This document shows, piece after piece, positions 12,381 through 23,831 of a stretch of 64,000 bases of DNA (position 1 is the stretch's first letter; each line of letters begins with the position of its first letter). The position numbers and the translations under genes were made by a program. The stretch comes from Elsinoe ampelina (lineage: Eukaryota): contig ML992503.1 of assembly GCA_010093995.1 (NCBI GenBank), forward strand, positions 1,689,356-1,753,355. Reading direction: 5' to 3'. The notes under the pieces were generated by a model. That model saw nothing but the letters and a program-made list of their open reading frames with translations, was not told the origin of the DNA and did no database searches.

Positions 12381-14430
12381 ATGACCATTCTCATCTGCTC
12401 GAGCAGCGAGATACTTAGGTCAAGGACTGCTGGTGCGGCCCGAAGATGTGTCTCCTCGGCGACGCGACCATGCATGACCGCATGGACACGTGGGTCCACC
12501 GCATCAACAAGGTTGATATCTCAAGGCAAGAGGGTCAGGAAGGTGTTTGATAAATCTCAAGCCATCACTCCTGCCCGCACACGCTTTGCTCCGTCGCCCA
12601 CTGGCTTCTTACACCTTGGATCACTTCGGACTGCAATCTTCAATTATCTCTGGGCAAAGAAGACTGGCGGTCAATTCATCTTGCGGGTGGAAGACACAGA
12701 TCGCAAACGGACTGTAGTTGGCGCAGAGAAGCGACTGTTCGAGGACTTGAGGTGGGCTGGGCTGCAATGGGATGAGGGACCTGAGATCGGCGGCAAATAC
12801 CGTCCATACAATCAATCCAAGCGGAATGACCTCTACCAGTACCATGCTAACGAACTTCTGGACTCTGGACACGCTTACCGATGTTTCTGCCCAGCTGGTC
12901 GACATTCCGCTGGATCTGCAGAACCGACTGAGATTGGAGCAAAGCTAGGTGGCTGCTCTGGCGACTGCAAAGGACTGTCGAAAGGCGATATTCAAGACCG
13001 CCTCGACAAAAAGACGACATTTGTCGTCCGCTTCCAGTCACACCAAGATCGCATTGTTTGGAATGACCTAGTGTATGGAGATATTGTCAACAAAGCCGAC
13101 AGCGGATCCAAGATGTTCAATTCGATAGCCGACACGGTTCTTGTCAAGTCCGATGGCACGCCGACGTACCACCTTGCAAACGTGGTGGACGACCATGACA
13201 TGAAGATCACACATGTCATCAGAGGCACGGAGTGGATGCCGTCGACACCTTTACATGTTGCTCTCTATCATGCCTTCCAATGGCAACCACCACTTTTTGC
13301 ACATGTCAGTCTCTTGACTGATGAAGGACATAACAAGCTGTCAAAGCGAAATTTTGACGTGGATGTTGCCTCACTCATACAGAAGTATGGCCTCATGCCA
13401 GAGTCTCTGGTCAATTACCTCGTCCTCCTGGGCTGGTCAAATCCAGACAAGAAGGATGTCAAGAACATGAAGGAGCTCGTTGATGTTGTAAGTGGTATTG
13501 GACATGAACAACGTGCAGAATCTTGACAGATTGCAGTTTGATCTCAAGTTCACGAAAGGCGACACTGTGGTTACCACCGAGAAATTGTTCTTCTTACAGA
13601 GGCAGCATGCCATGAGAAGGGTCAAGGAGGCCATCTCTGATCCTGATGCATCGCATAGGCTTGATGTGCTGCTCGCATACCTCCGTGAACAAACCAAAGT
13701 GATGAATTGGCAACCTCAGATGTGAGTTTGTCAGGATCGTGTATGTGCAATTCTAACGTCACACAGGAAAGCAAACATCCTGGGCAACCGTTCGATCGAC
13801 ATGTACCTGCAGAGCATCCTCGTCATCGATCCAGGCACGTATGAGACGCCACGAAAATATTTGAACGAGAACAATTACTTTTTCCGACGAGCACCGGTAC
13901 GACCGCAGGGCAGCACGGATAGCCGTGCAACGCCATCGTCTGATTCAATTATTGGTCCACAGGAGCCGAGCCCTTTCGAAATGCATAACAAGGAGTTACC
14001 ACCTCCCCGGAAAGTCGACTTGGCATACCCTGCGGAAGTCGAGCAATTGGTCGATGAGATCATTGATCACCAAGTCGTACGAGATTCGCTGAATCTGTGG
14101 GATGGACGCCCGGAAGACAATCCGAACAATGTCAAAGAGCTCCACGATATGATTGCGAAGGCTGCGCAACCGTGTCAGGATATCCTCAACACATTACTGG
14201 TGCAAAAGGTCGGCGAAGTACTGAAGGCGAAGGGCTCGGAATTGGTCGACGACAGCATTCCGATGCTGAAGAAGACTGACGAGTGGAAGCAGATGACTGT
14301 CGACTTTCACAAATATCTAAGATCAAAGCTATCTGGTCGGACTGATGGTGGACCTAGCACCTTCAGAGTCATGGCCGTTTTGGGCTACAAGGAGAGTCGC
14401 CTGAGGATCAAGGAACATGGCATCACATAG
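12381..14430 (+). CDS. MSE1: Mitochondrial glutamyl-tRNA synthetase (introns 13488-13536, 13722-13766)
   Basis: RTRFAPSPTGFLHLGS (HIGH), LRVEDTD, YHLANVVDDHDMKITHVIRG and KLSKR (KMSKS) motifs; Arg/Ser-rich presequence; both introns keep the frame. Confidence 0.92.
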
Positions 14431-14648
14431 ATACCCATTATGTACAGACATGTATAATAATCCCACCTCCCGATATCAAAAGTTTGTTTCTCTCAGGAAC
14501 AAAAGTGTGATGGAGATGCGTCTCCCGTGTTGAGGGGCAAATCTCCAACCCTTGACGTCACGCTTGAAGAGATCACAGCAGCGGTCAGTCAGTCTACAGC
14601 TCTTCTCACTCGTTCGAATCTCAAGGCGTATTCATTTTCAGATTGTCA

Positions 14649-15860
14649 ATGAATCGAATTGCCATTGCTCCAAGACTACTGACCCGATCGATCCGTCCAA
14701 TTCATCTCGCTGTATGTCTGGTAGTAATTGTTCTGGCCACTCAACTGATACCGGCAAAGAGAACACCAACCAGAGCCATGCATATCCGATCAATTCCCAT
14801 GTGTCAGAGCAGTCGTCTCACACCATCATCTACAATACTAATAATCCACAGGGGAAGGAAAGGGCAACAACTATGCCTACTTGGTGACCGACGACAAGAC
14901 CAAGGACTCTGTCATCATTGATCCAGCAAACCCATCAGAGTACAGCTCCTCACAACCACAAATGCGATGACACAATCTGATAGTCCACAGAGTCCTTCCT
15001 GTCCTCAAAGAAGAAATTTCCAACGGCATCAATCTCAAATCCATCATCAACACCCACCAGTCCGCCCACCCTTCCCTCCCACCCTACTACCGCCACCCCA
15101 CTAACACCCCAACAGCCACTGGGACCACGCCGGCGGCAACGAAGAAATCGTCCACCCTCTCCTTCCCCTCCCCTTGATCCCCCCATCTAACCCCCCTCCC
15201 AGCTGAAATATCACCCCCTCCCCATCATCGGCGGCAAAGACTGCGCCCACGTCACCACCACGCCCTCACACAACTCCACCTTCACCGTCGGCAGCATCAA
15301 AGTCACCGCCCTGCACACGCCCTGCCACACGCAAGACAGCATCTGCTTCCTCTTCGAAGACGGGGACGACCGCGCCGTGTTCACGGGCGACACGTTGTTC
15401 ATCGGCGGCTGCGGACGGTTCTTCGAGGGGACGGCGGAGGAGATGCACAAGGCGCTTAATGTGGTGTTGGCGGGGTTGGAGGGGGAGACGAAGGTCTATG
15501 TGAGTCTAACCTACCCTTCGTCCTATATGGGACTGGGGAGATGCTGACGACGGGGATATAGCCCGGGCATGAGTACACCAAGGCGAATGTCAAGTTTGCG
15601 GTGACGGTGGCGCAGAACGAAGCGATCAAGAAGTTGGAGAGTTTCGCGGGGAGTAACAAGCAGACGCAGGGGAAGTTTACGATTGCGGATGAGAAGGTAT
15701 GTGATCGTGGGGACTTGGGCCATTAGGGTAGTGGGACTGACGGGTGTAGAAACATAATGTGTTTATGATGCTGGATGATCCGGCTGTGCAGAAGGCGACG
15801 GGGAAGACGGCACCGGTGGAGGTCATGGCTGCGTTGAGGGAGATGAAGAACAATTCCTGA
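14649..15860 (+). CDS. GLO2: Hydroxyacylglutathione hydrolase (glyoxalase II). Introns 14803-14851, 14940-14990, 15060-15115, 15150-15202, 15500-15561, 15697-15749; core start ATG 14778
   Basis: Spliced product has NNYAYLV, THHHWDHAGGN, HTPCHTQDSIC, FTGDTLFIGGCGRFFEG and PGHEYT. Not recovered by the ORF track because of the six introns. Confidence 0.92.
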
Positions 15861-15906
15861 TTTGGGTAGAGACAAATGGATGGTAATTCCTGATAGGAGG
15901 ACTGGA

Positions 15907-17592
15907 TCAGTCGACTTCTTCCTTGAGTCTGCCTTCGCCCTTTTTGATATCTGCACCGCCGGCTCCGACGCGGCCACCGAACCCACCGTCTTGCATGAAG
16001 AAGTCAACCTCGTCGACGAGGTCCCAGACAATGTCCTCTACTATCTGCTCTTTGAAGCGTTCACCTAAAGGTCTGGTGGTTCGCCCTGGCCCGTCTCCTT
16101 GCTTGATGCTTCGGACGTGTTCAGGTGGGTACCAGAATCCTTCGTCACCAAAGTTGACCTCGGCGATACCGCCTGAGAAGCAAGAGATGAAGGGGAAGTA
16201 GCCTATCATGCCGTCGTCGAACCCTTCTCGTGCGCCAGCGGCTTTGTTTGGCAAGCTTGCGGGCGGGAGGAAGGCAAGGAGGTTTTCGAAGGCTGTGCCA
16301 ACCAATTGGCCGTTCTTGTACACCTTGATACTTGATCCGGGAAGTGTGCGTAATGCAGGCTCGGGGTGGTTTGGGTTTGGCGCTGTTTTGATCGTTGTGT
16401 TGGCACCTGGAACCTGTACTGGAGAACCGAGATTGGACAAAGCCAGAGTCCTGTCATTGTATGCTTTCATCGGGATGGTCTCATTCCAGAGATCTTGTGA
16501 TTCGAAGAAGAGATGGCCCTTGTATGGAACGGGTATCCGGTCACGGATGATATCGTGCGGCTTTTCCGTCGGGTCGATGCGGGCAGTGATGAGGTCGGAT
16601 TCGTCGCGGTCAACAGCAGGGTTGTATACACCGTCGACGACTTTGCGGTGTAAAGAGAAAGAGGGTAGAATGATTTCGAGACCCAGCACGTCACCTTCGC
16701 AAACGTCTGTTTGTTGATCCACATACTCCTTCTCGGGCTTGCCGGCTTTCTTTGGCCCCTTCTTGTCGTTCCAGAATCTACCTCCTCGACTACGGTGCAT
16801 CGTCTCAAATCGACGGTCCGTGACACCGTAGCTGAATCCGTCAAAACCGACGGGTACGTCAAGTGGCGCTTCCCTCCGGCCCCATCCGACCCTCACTCTC
16901 GGTTGTGGCCCATCCCCATCTCCGTCTTCCTCTCCTGCTTTCACGCCTCGAACCATGCGGACTTCGTAGTACGCTCGTCCTTCCCTAACACACACATTGC
17001 CTCTGACTCCCCGCCACCCTTTCTCATTGGTGACCATCTTCCCACTCTCGTGAAAGTGGATCCATTTGTCAGAATCTTCGAAGCTCATACGAGCTCCATA
17101 TGGCTCTGTGTCTGTTGATCTGTAATACTGCTTGTGGCTAAACAAGGGGTCCGCAATGCATTCGACGTATCTGTAACCTTTGGCGTTTGCGGCTCGGTCC
17201 AGAGGTTTCTTGAGCTCCGTCTCCCCATCAGGGGCTAGAAAAGGGAATGGTTCATGCGACGCGAATGTGGTCGGCCGTGGAGGGACGAAATCTGATGGTC
17301 GTGCTTGGAGATTAGCATAGCGTGTGGGTGATGGGACCGTCGGGCCAGAAGTTGAAGCTTTCCGCTTCGAAGGTATGATTGACGAAGACTCTCTGCCACC
17401 TAATGCAGACTCTCGCTTCTTCTGCGACTCTTTGCGCTCTCTTGGCTCGCGTTCTCGTGGAGGGGGTTTGGGCTTGCTGAGCTTAGGGTCGGGATGCGGG
17501 TTGAGCGGAGACGGTATCGTGGGGACATGATCTTGTACTGGCGTAACTAGCGATCCAGGTAGAGGTGACGACCCTGGCCTTTCGTCCGCCAT
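15907..17592 (-). CDS. BRE2: COMPASS/Set1C subunit Bre2/Ash2 (SPRY domain), CclA-like
   Basis: SPRY motifs KGWRGVRGNVCVREGRAYYEV, RVGWGRREAPLDVPVGFDGFSYG; C-terminal Sdc1-binding-type helix ERFKEQIVEDIVWDLVDEVDF. Start placed at MADERP. Confidence 0.88.
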   Translation of the reverse strand: MADERPGSSPLPGSLVTPVQDHVPTIPSPLNPHPDPKLSKPKPPPREREPRERKESQKKRESALGGRESSSIIPSKRKASTSGPTVPSPTRYANLQARPSDFVPPRPTTFASHEPFPFLAPDGETELKKPLDRAANAKGYRYVECIADPLFSHKQYYRSTDTEPYGARMSFEDSDKWIHFHESGKMVTNEKGWRGVRGNVCVREGRAYYEVRMVRGVKAGEEDGDGDGPQPRVRVGWGRREAPLDVPVGFDGFSYGVTDRRFETMHRSRGGRFWNDKKGPKKAGKPEKEYVDQQTDVCEGDVLGLEIILPSFSLHRKVVDGVYNPAVDRDESDLITARIDPTEKPHDIIRDRIPVPYKGHLFFESQDLWNETIPMKAYNDRTLALSNLGSPVQVPGANTTIKTAPNPNHPEPALRTLPGSSIKVYKNGQLVGTAFENLLAFLPPASLPNKAAGAREGFDDGMIGYFPFISCFSGGIAEVNFGDEGFWYPPEHVRSIKQGDGPGRTTRPLGERFKEQIVEDIVWDLVDEVDFFMQDGGFGGRVGAGGADIKKGEGRLKEEVD

Positions 17593-17785
17593 GATCGATG
17601 CTAAGTAGGATGGCCGAAATGAGCAAGCAACATGCTGTAGAGCTCTCGCGCCGGAAGTGACGGGCCGTGGTCCGGTATGCCCCAAGATTAGATAAGATCT
17701 GATCAAGAAAAAAATGTCCATCACCCCACCGCTTCGTTCGATGCGGAGATTGTCCAGCGGTGCGCAACACACCTCATAAAACGAT

Positions 17786-19270
17786 ATGGCCAAATCAGCA
17801 CAGAGAGATACTCGCCAGGAGCGACGGCATAATCCCCTATCGGACGACTACCAGCCAAAGTACGCAGAGAAGACTCGCGCGCCCAAACGACGCAAATCGA
17901 ATCCGGAGGGCGATGACGAAGAGGGTTTCATAGGCTCAAAGGCCTCGCGAAAAATCCTAAAGATCGGTCAAGATCTAGTGGATGAAGAGGCGGAAGAACT
18001 CCGAGCACAACAACCTGCCGCTCCCAACAAAGCATTCGACTTCGATGCCCGGTTCGGTGACGACGAGCAGCAGGAAATTGAGGCCGAAGGAGATTTCGAC
18101 GATGTCGAGGGTTGGGAGGACGAGGAGGAGGTAGTCGAGATAGATGGCGGGGACATTGATCCACATGACTTGGCCATGTTCAACAAGTTCAATCCCGAAT
18201 TCGACCCTTCAACACTGTTACAACCCAACGATGTGCCTGGCCATGACGAGGAGGAGGGCGAACCAACAAATCTGGCAGAATTGATACTGGAGAAGATCGC
18301 ACAGCACGAAGCGGCTCAAGAGGGCAATGGGATACGCCAGGAGGACGATCACCCCGAAGATGCGATTGAATTGCCTGCAAAGGTCGTCGAGGTCTATACA
18401 CAGGTCGGCCTTATCCTGTCACGATACAAGTCTGGCAAGCTACCGAAGCCTTTCAAGATCTTGCCCACATTGCCACAATGGGATACGCTGCTCAGCATTA
18501 CAAGACCGGAGTCATGGTCTGCTAATGCTTACTACGAAGCGACGAAACTGTTCATCTCCACGCGCCCAGCATTGGCTCAAGCGTTTTTACATGACATCTT
18601 ACTGCCAAAGGTGCGAGAAGAGCAGTCCGAGTCGAAGAAAATCAACGTGCACTTGTACAAGTCCTTGAAGAAAGCACTGTACAAACCGGCATGCTTCTTC
18701 AAAGGCTTCCTCTTCCCGCTAGTGGAATCTGGAACCTGCACACTCAGAGAGGCACACGTCATTGGTAGTGTTTTGACAAGAGTGTCAATACCGGTGCTGC
18801 ACTCGGCAGCTGCTTTGTACCGGCTGTGCGAAGTCGCAGCAGAGCAAATGAGCGTAAACACCGAGGCCGGTGGAGCCACGAATATCTTCATCCGCGTGCT
18901 TCTGGAAAAGAAGTACGCACTCCCCTTCAAGGTTGTGGACGCTTTGGTCTTCCACTTCCTCCGATTCCGTGCAGCGGATCCGGCTCTGGACGGTGGAGGC
19001 TCGATGAGTGGGGTGACTGGACCTGGTGCAAAGGCACAAAGCCAGAAATTGCCTGTGCTTTGGCATCAGTGCTTACTTGCATTCGCGCAAAGGTACAAGA
19101 ACGACATTACCGAGGATCAGAGAGAAGCTTTGCTCGATTTGCTGCTCGTCAGGGGTCACCGGGCAATAGGTCCGGAAGTAAGAAGGGAATTGCTCGAAGG
19201 CAGGGGTCGAGGCGTACCGGTGCAGGACGGAGCGGCTGTAGGTGGAGACGATACTATGATTGACGTATAG
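17786..19270 (+). CDS. ENP1: Bystin / pre-rRNA processing protein
   Basis: YKSGKLPKPFKILP, LKKALYKPACFFKG, KKYALPFKVVDALVFHF and LPVLWHQCLLAFAQRYK motifs. Confidence 0.95.
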   Translation: MAKSAQRDTRQERRHNPLSDDYQPKYAEKTRAPKRRKSNPEGDDEEGFIGSKASRKILKIGQDLVDEEAEELRAQQPAAPNKAFDFDARFGDDEQQEIEAEGDFDDVEGWEDEEEVVEIDGGDIDPHDLAMFNKFNPEFDPSTLLQPNDVPGHDEEEGEPTNLAELILEKIAQHEAAQEGNGIRQEDDHPEDAIELPAKVVEVYTQVGLILSRYKSGKLPKPFKILPTLPQWDTLLSITRPESWSANAYYEATKLFISTRPALAQAFLHDILLPKVREEQSESKKINVHLYKSLKKALYKPACFFKGFLFPLVESGTCTLREAHVIGSVLTRVSIPVLHSAAALYRLCEVAAEQMSVNTEAGGATNIFIRVLLEKKYALPFKVVDALVFHFLRFRAADPALDGGGSMSGVTGPGAKAQSQKLPVLWHQCLLAFAQRYKNDITEDQREALLDLLLVRGHRAIGPEVRRELLEGRGRGVPVQDGAAVGGDDTMIDV

Positions 19271-20098
19271 AAGCAATTTTTCGAAGGGCAGAAAAAGGTC
19301 CGGTATAGGAACAGACTTTTGCATGCTCCCAAAGCATATGATATCCTACAATGGCCTCGAGGATGTGGCTTGAGTAAGCTGCAAACCCCATGGCCGTGTC
19401 TCCGTCTGGCGAATTGATGAATTATTCACATCTCAGGGCCAACCGACACTGGATACAAATTGAGTTGTAGTGTCGAAAATGACGATCTAAGTTCATGCAG
19501 GATCTGCAGCTCGGAAAGGGCCGAGGTCAACGTTGACGGATGACCCACATCATGACAATCTTTTCTCTTTCGCCTTCTTCACCATACATCTCCGAACCTC
19601 TATCGGCGGACATAGACCTCTGCATTCGTCAACAGTGAAGACTGTTCCAGACTTGTGCGGTGGTATACTGCTCGGATAGTGATGGATTTTGATGGAAGAA
19701 GCTGAATACACGCTGGTGGCGACTCCAACTCGAGGCCACTTCTCTGAAAGACAGAATCTTGCTCAAAATACTATCAACGCAGCCACATGGTCTCGAGCTT
19801 GCATTGGTCCAACATCCCTGTAGCTCTTGCCGTCTCAAGCAGTGCGCGGAAGCGGCCCGGCCAAGCAACGTGGGTCACGATACTATTGCTTGTGGTCAAA
19901 GCGATGCCGCATGTATCTCGATATGGCAAAGTGACGCTGAATAATTGCTTAAGATTTCGATCGTGGTGGAAGTCAATGCGGTATTAATGCTTTTGATGAT
20001 AATTCCTTCATCTTTTCTGCCTATTCTTCTCTTCCTTCTCTTGCTATTCATTTCGTCCAGCATCTTGCACCTCCCAGCAGCAGCTTCACTCACAAGCC

Positions 20099-21787
20099 AT
20101 GGGTATCTTCAGAAAGGACGAGGCTCAATCGCCTTCTATTGACGATGGCGTCAGTACGGTGGAAAAGACATCGTCGTCTCGCCGTAGCAGTGACAATGAG
20201 GATGCCAAGGTCCCGTTCATCGCCATCTTCCTCGGACTAGTAGCCTCTATTGGCGGCTTCATGTTTGGATATGAGAGCGGACAGATCTCAGGTAAACCAA
20301 TATATCTCTTATTAACAAGCACCAGCTTATCATTGTAGGCTACTTCAATATGATCAACTTTGCCGAGCACTTTGGTGAACAACGAGCAGACGGCACACAT
20401 TACTTCAGCGCTATTCGACAAGGTACGATCATCGCGAACCTCTGTGCTGGCGCACTCTTCGGCTCTCTCATGGGCGGAAAGCTGGCCGACGTCCTCGGCC
20501 GCCGCATGACCATCTCTTCGTCGGCTCTGTTCTGCATGGTTGGAAAGATTCTGGAAATCGCTTCTACAACACACTGGGCTCAGTTCGCCGTCGGTCGATT
20601 TGTCGTTGGTATTGGCATCGGATCTCTATCTGTTGTCGTTCCCATGTATCAGTCGGAGTGTGCTCCAAAGTCGATTCGAGGAGTGCTCATCTCGTCTTAC
20701 CAGCTGTTCATCACCCTTGGTATCTGGACTGGATACATGATTGACTTCGGCACATACGAGATGACCTCCACCGCCGCCTGGCGCATTCCAACCGGTATCT
20801 CGTTTGTGTGGGCTCTGATCCTGGGCTTTGGCATCCTCTTCCTACCGGAATCTCCCCGGTACGCCTACCGCGTTGGTCGCGAGGACGAGGCTCGACTGAA
20901 CATTGCCAAACTTTCCGGTGTCATGCCGACATCCAAGACTGTCAACGATCAAATCAATGACATTCAGGTCAAGCTGGATGAGGAAGCTTCCGCCGAAGAG
21001 GCAAAATGGCATGAAGTCTTCACCGGGCCTCGCATGATGTACCGTACTATCCTCGGTATAGTACTCCAGGCCGGACAGCAACTTACTGGTGCCAACTTCT
21101 TGTTCTATTACGGGACGACTGGTGAGTCCTCAGTCTCCCTACACTCTGTGGTCGTCGCTAACAGTCGCAGTCTTCTCAGCCACCGGTCTTTCCAATTCAT
21201 ACGTCACCCAGATCATCCTCGGCACGGTCAACGTGGTATGCACTATCGCTGGTCTCTGGGTAGCTGCCAAGTGTGGTCGCCGCAAAGCACTCATGACGGG
21301 CGCTGCTTGGTCCTTCATGTGCTTCATGGTCTACGCCCTAGTCGGACACTTCTGCCTCAACAACGAAGACCCCCAGTCGACACCAATCGCTGGCAATGTA
21401 CTTATCGTCTTTTCATGCCTATTCATCGTCGCATTCGCCACGACCTGGGGTCCGCTCGTTTGGGCAATCGTCGCCGAGCTCTATCCTGCCCGTTACCGCG
21501 GGACCTGCATGGCATTGGCGACGGCGAGCAATTGGCTCTGGAACTTTCTGATCAGCTTCTTCACCACGAGTATCGTCAGTGCCATTAGCTGGTTGTATGG
21601 ACTTGTCTTTGCTGGGTGCTGTGCTGGATTGTTCTTCATTGTCTATTTCTTTGTGATCGAGAGCAAGGATCGTAGCTTGGAGGAGATTGATACCATGTAC
21701 TTACTCAAGGTAGATCCGAGGAAAAGCGCTCATTGGACGCCGCCAGGTACTGGTATGGGTATCGACAATGCAGAAGTTGATGTGTAA
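20099..21787 (+). CDS. MFS sugar porter (hexose-transporter-like); introns 20292-20338, 21122-21170
   Basis: GGFMFGYESG, ADVLGRR, PESPRY, QQLTGANF and TWGPLVW motifs; splicing joins three track ORFs. Confidence 0.92.
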
Positions 21788-22262
21788 TTACCCACACGCA
21801 GGATAGAGATCGATTGCGGCGTAGAGATCACAGTATCGCAGTAATCATAATACAATACACGTCATCGCTGCATCTGATAGATATGTGATAGTGTCTCTCG
21901 GAATCTGCTAGATCCAGTATTGCACAGAACGTCGAGGGTCAATTCTTTGCCAGACATTACGTGACCGGCGCCCCAGATCGGCCTCCATGATCGGGAAGAC
22001 TCTTCCGTAATCCCTGCTCACTTTTCTACAATGAGACTCTACTACCGACAATCACGGCTACATGCTCCGAAACACCACAGCTGACGGAAGAACTTTCATC
22101 ACGAGGCGTGGCAAGCCGCTGCCATGGCACATGCCCTGGAGGTCGAGGGTCATGGATGGCATACCCGGCCGAGCATGACGCCGATGCACATCAGAATGCG
22201 GCATCGTAGTACGGAGCTATTCACACACACTAGAACCATCTCAATTCACCATAGTATCCAAC

Positions 22263-23150
22263 ATGAACGGCAGTCTAGGAAACAGACAAGCAGTACAGTC
22301 CAAGACTTGTACCGACGATGAGCAGGCTGTTCGGGATATCAGACAGCTCCTGATAGACATTGTTCGACAGAATGGCGGTGGACATGGAGGCTCAGCCATT
22401 GGTATGGCGCCGCTCGGTGTCGCTCTCTGGCGGCACGCTATGCGATACAACCCAGGAAGTCCAGACTGGTTCGACAGAGATCGCTTCGTGCTCTCAAACG
22501 GCCATGCGGCCATGTTCCTGTACACCATGCTCCATTTGACTGGATATCCGCACATGAATCTCGATGAGCTGAAGATGTATGGTGATCTGAAAAGCGTCGA
22601 CCCCGAGACTGGGAAATGGAAGTCTACCATCTGTCATGGCCATCCGGAAATCGAAGTCCCTGGTGTCGAGGTGACGACAGGTCCACTTGGTCAAGGTGTG
22701 GCAAATGCCGTAGGCCTTGCTATTGCATCCAAGCAGGCCGCTGCAACGTTCAATCGCGAGGGTCACGAGATCATCAGTTCCAGGATCTTTTGTACGACAG
22801 GTGACGGATGTCTACAGGAAGGCGTGGCTCAGGAAGCCATGGCGATCGCTGGTCATCTAGGCTTGGATGACCTGGTGCTTTGCTACGACAACAATGCTGT
22901 GACCTGCGATGGACCTTTGGACCGGATCGTCTCGGAAGACACAAATGCCAAAGTGCGGGCACTAGGCTGGAATGTCATCGATGTCTTTACCGGCGACCAC
23001 TAGGTGACTGACATTGTGGCGGCGCTGCAACTGGCCAAATCGACGAAAGGGAGACCAACATTCATCAATATACGTACGACCATTGGATTTGGCACTTCGA
23101 CTGCCGGCGCCTTCAAGTCTCATCACGGCACATATTCGGACGAGGATGCA
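22263..23150 (+). pseudogene. Dihydroxyacetone-synthase-like transketolase; N-terminal part only, with in-frame TAG at 23001-23003
   Basis: GGHGGSAIGMA, DRDRFVLSNGH, GHPEIE, TTGPLGQG and the TPP motif GDGCLQEG...YDNN. Homology continues past the stop (GRPTFINIRTTIGFG...HHG) and ends near 23150, at about 296 codons versus about 700 for the family. Confidence 0.88.
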
Positions 23151-23437
23151 CTGATGAGGGTGTCGAGGTGGCCGTGTTGGGTGATGGCTGAGTGTATGAG
23201 GGGAGACGGAGTGGTGGAATGAATGAGATCGGCGACGAACGTATGGTGGGTGAGAGATGGGTTGACGGCGCGGAGTTCGTCGAGGAGGGTATCGGCGTCG
23301 TGGGCTGCAAGGGGGCTGTTGAGGTGGTGGAGGAGCAGGCGAGCGCCTTCGGTGGCGCAGGCTAGGGCGGTAGCGCGGCCGATACCTGAGGAGCTACCTG
23401 TGATGACGACGACTTTGTTGCGGAGGAGCCCTGCCAT
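23151..23437 (-). pseudogene. Truncated short-chain dehydrogenase (L-rhamnose-1-dehydrogenase-like N-terminus)
   Basis: MAGLLRNKVVVITGSSSGIGRATA Rossmann motif; breaks at GHLDTLIS, just before the expected NAG; no YxxxK. Confidence 0.82.
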
Positions 23438-23831
23438 CACTGCTAAGGTGAGTGCCTAGCAATCATCGAGACCGCGATGCTGGTCATTGGCGGCATTGTC
23501 CACCGATGTACCATGGGGGACGCTTCAAAGAAAGTACGGCCGACACTTGGATACCATCAGCTGCGCGAGAGGGTCGCCACGAAGCGACCGCCGTCGCATG
23601 TTGATCTGTACCAAACAGGAAGGGCCGATTCTGTTTGGGCGCAGGTGAGGGGCAATGTCGGTTGTATGCTCTACTATGGCATATAACCGGGCCGCCCCTC
23701 CATCGTCATACCATGAACTTTGCAGCGATGACAAAAATTCTGCCTGACAGGCTGTCAATATGTAGCTCTTCAAGGAGTCGTTGTAAAAACATTGATGTCA
23801 ATTTAACTTAGGAGAACAAATTGAGGACATA

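Noticed and set aside
23001..23003. TAG in the transketolase as programmed readthrough or an intron edge
   Set aside because: The gene is truncated about 150 bp later anyway, and no branch/acceptor pair removes the stop. A nonsense mutation is simpler.
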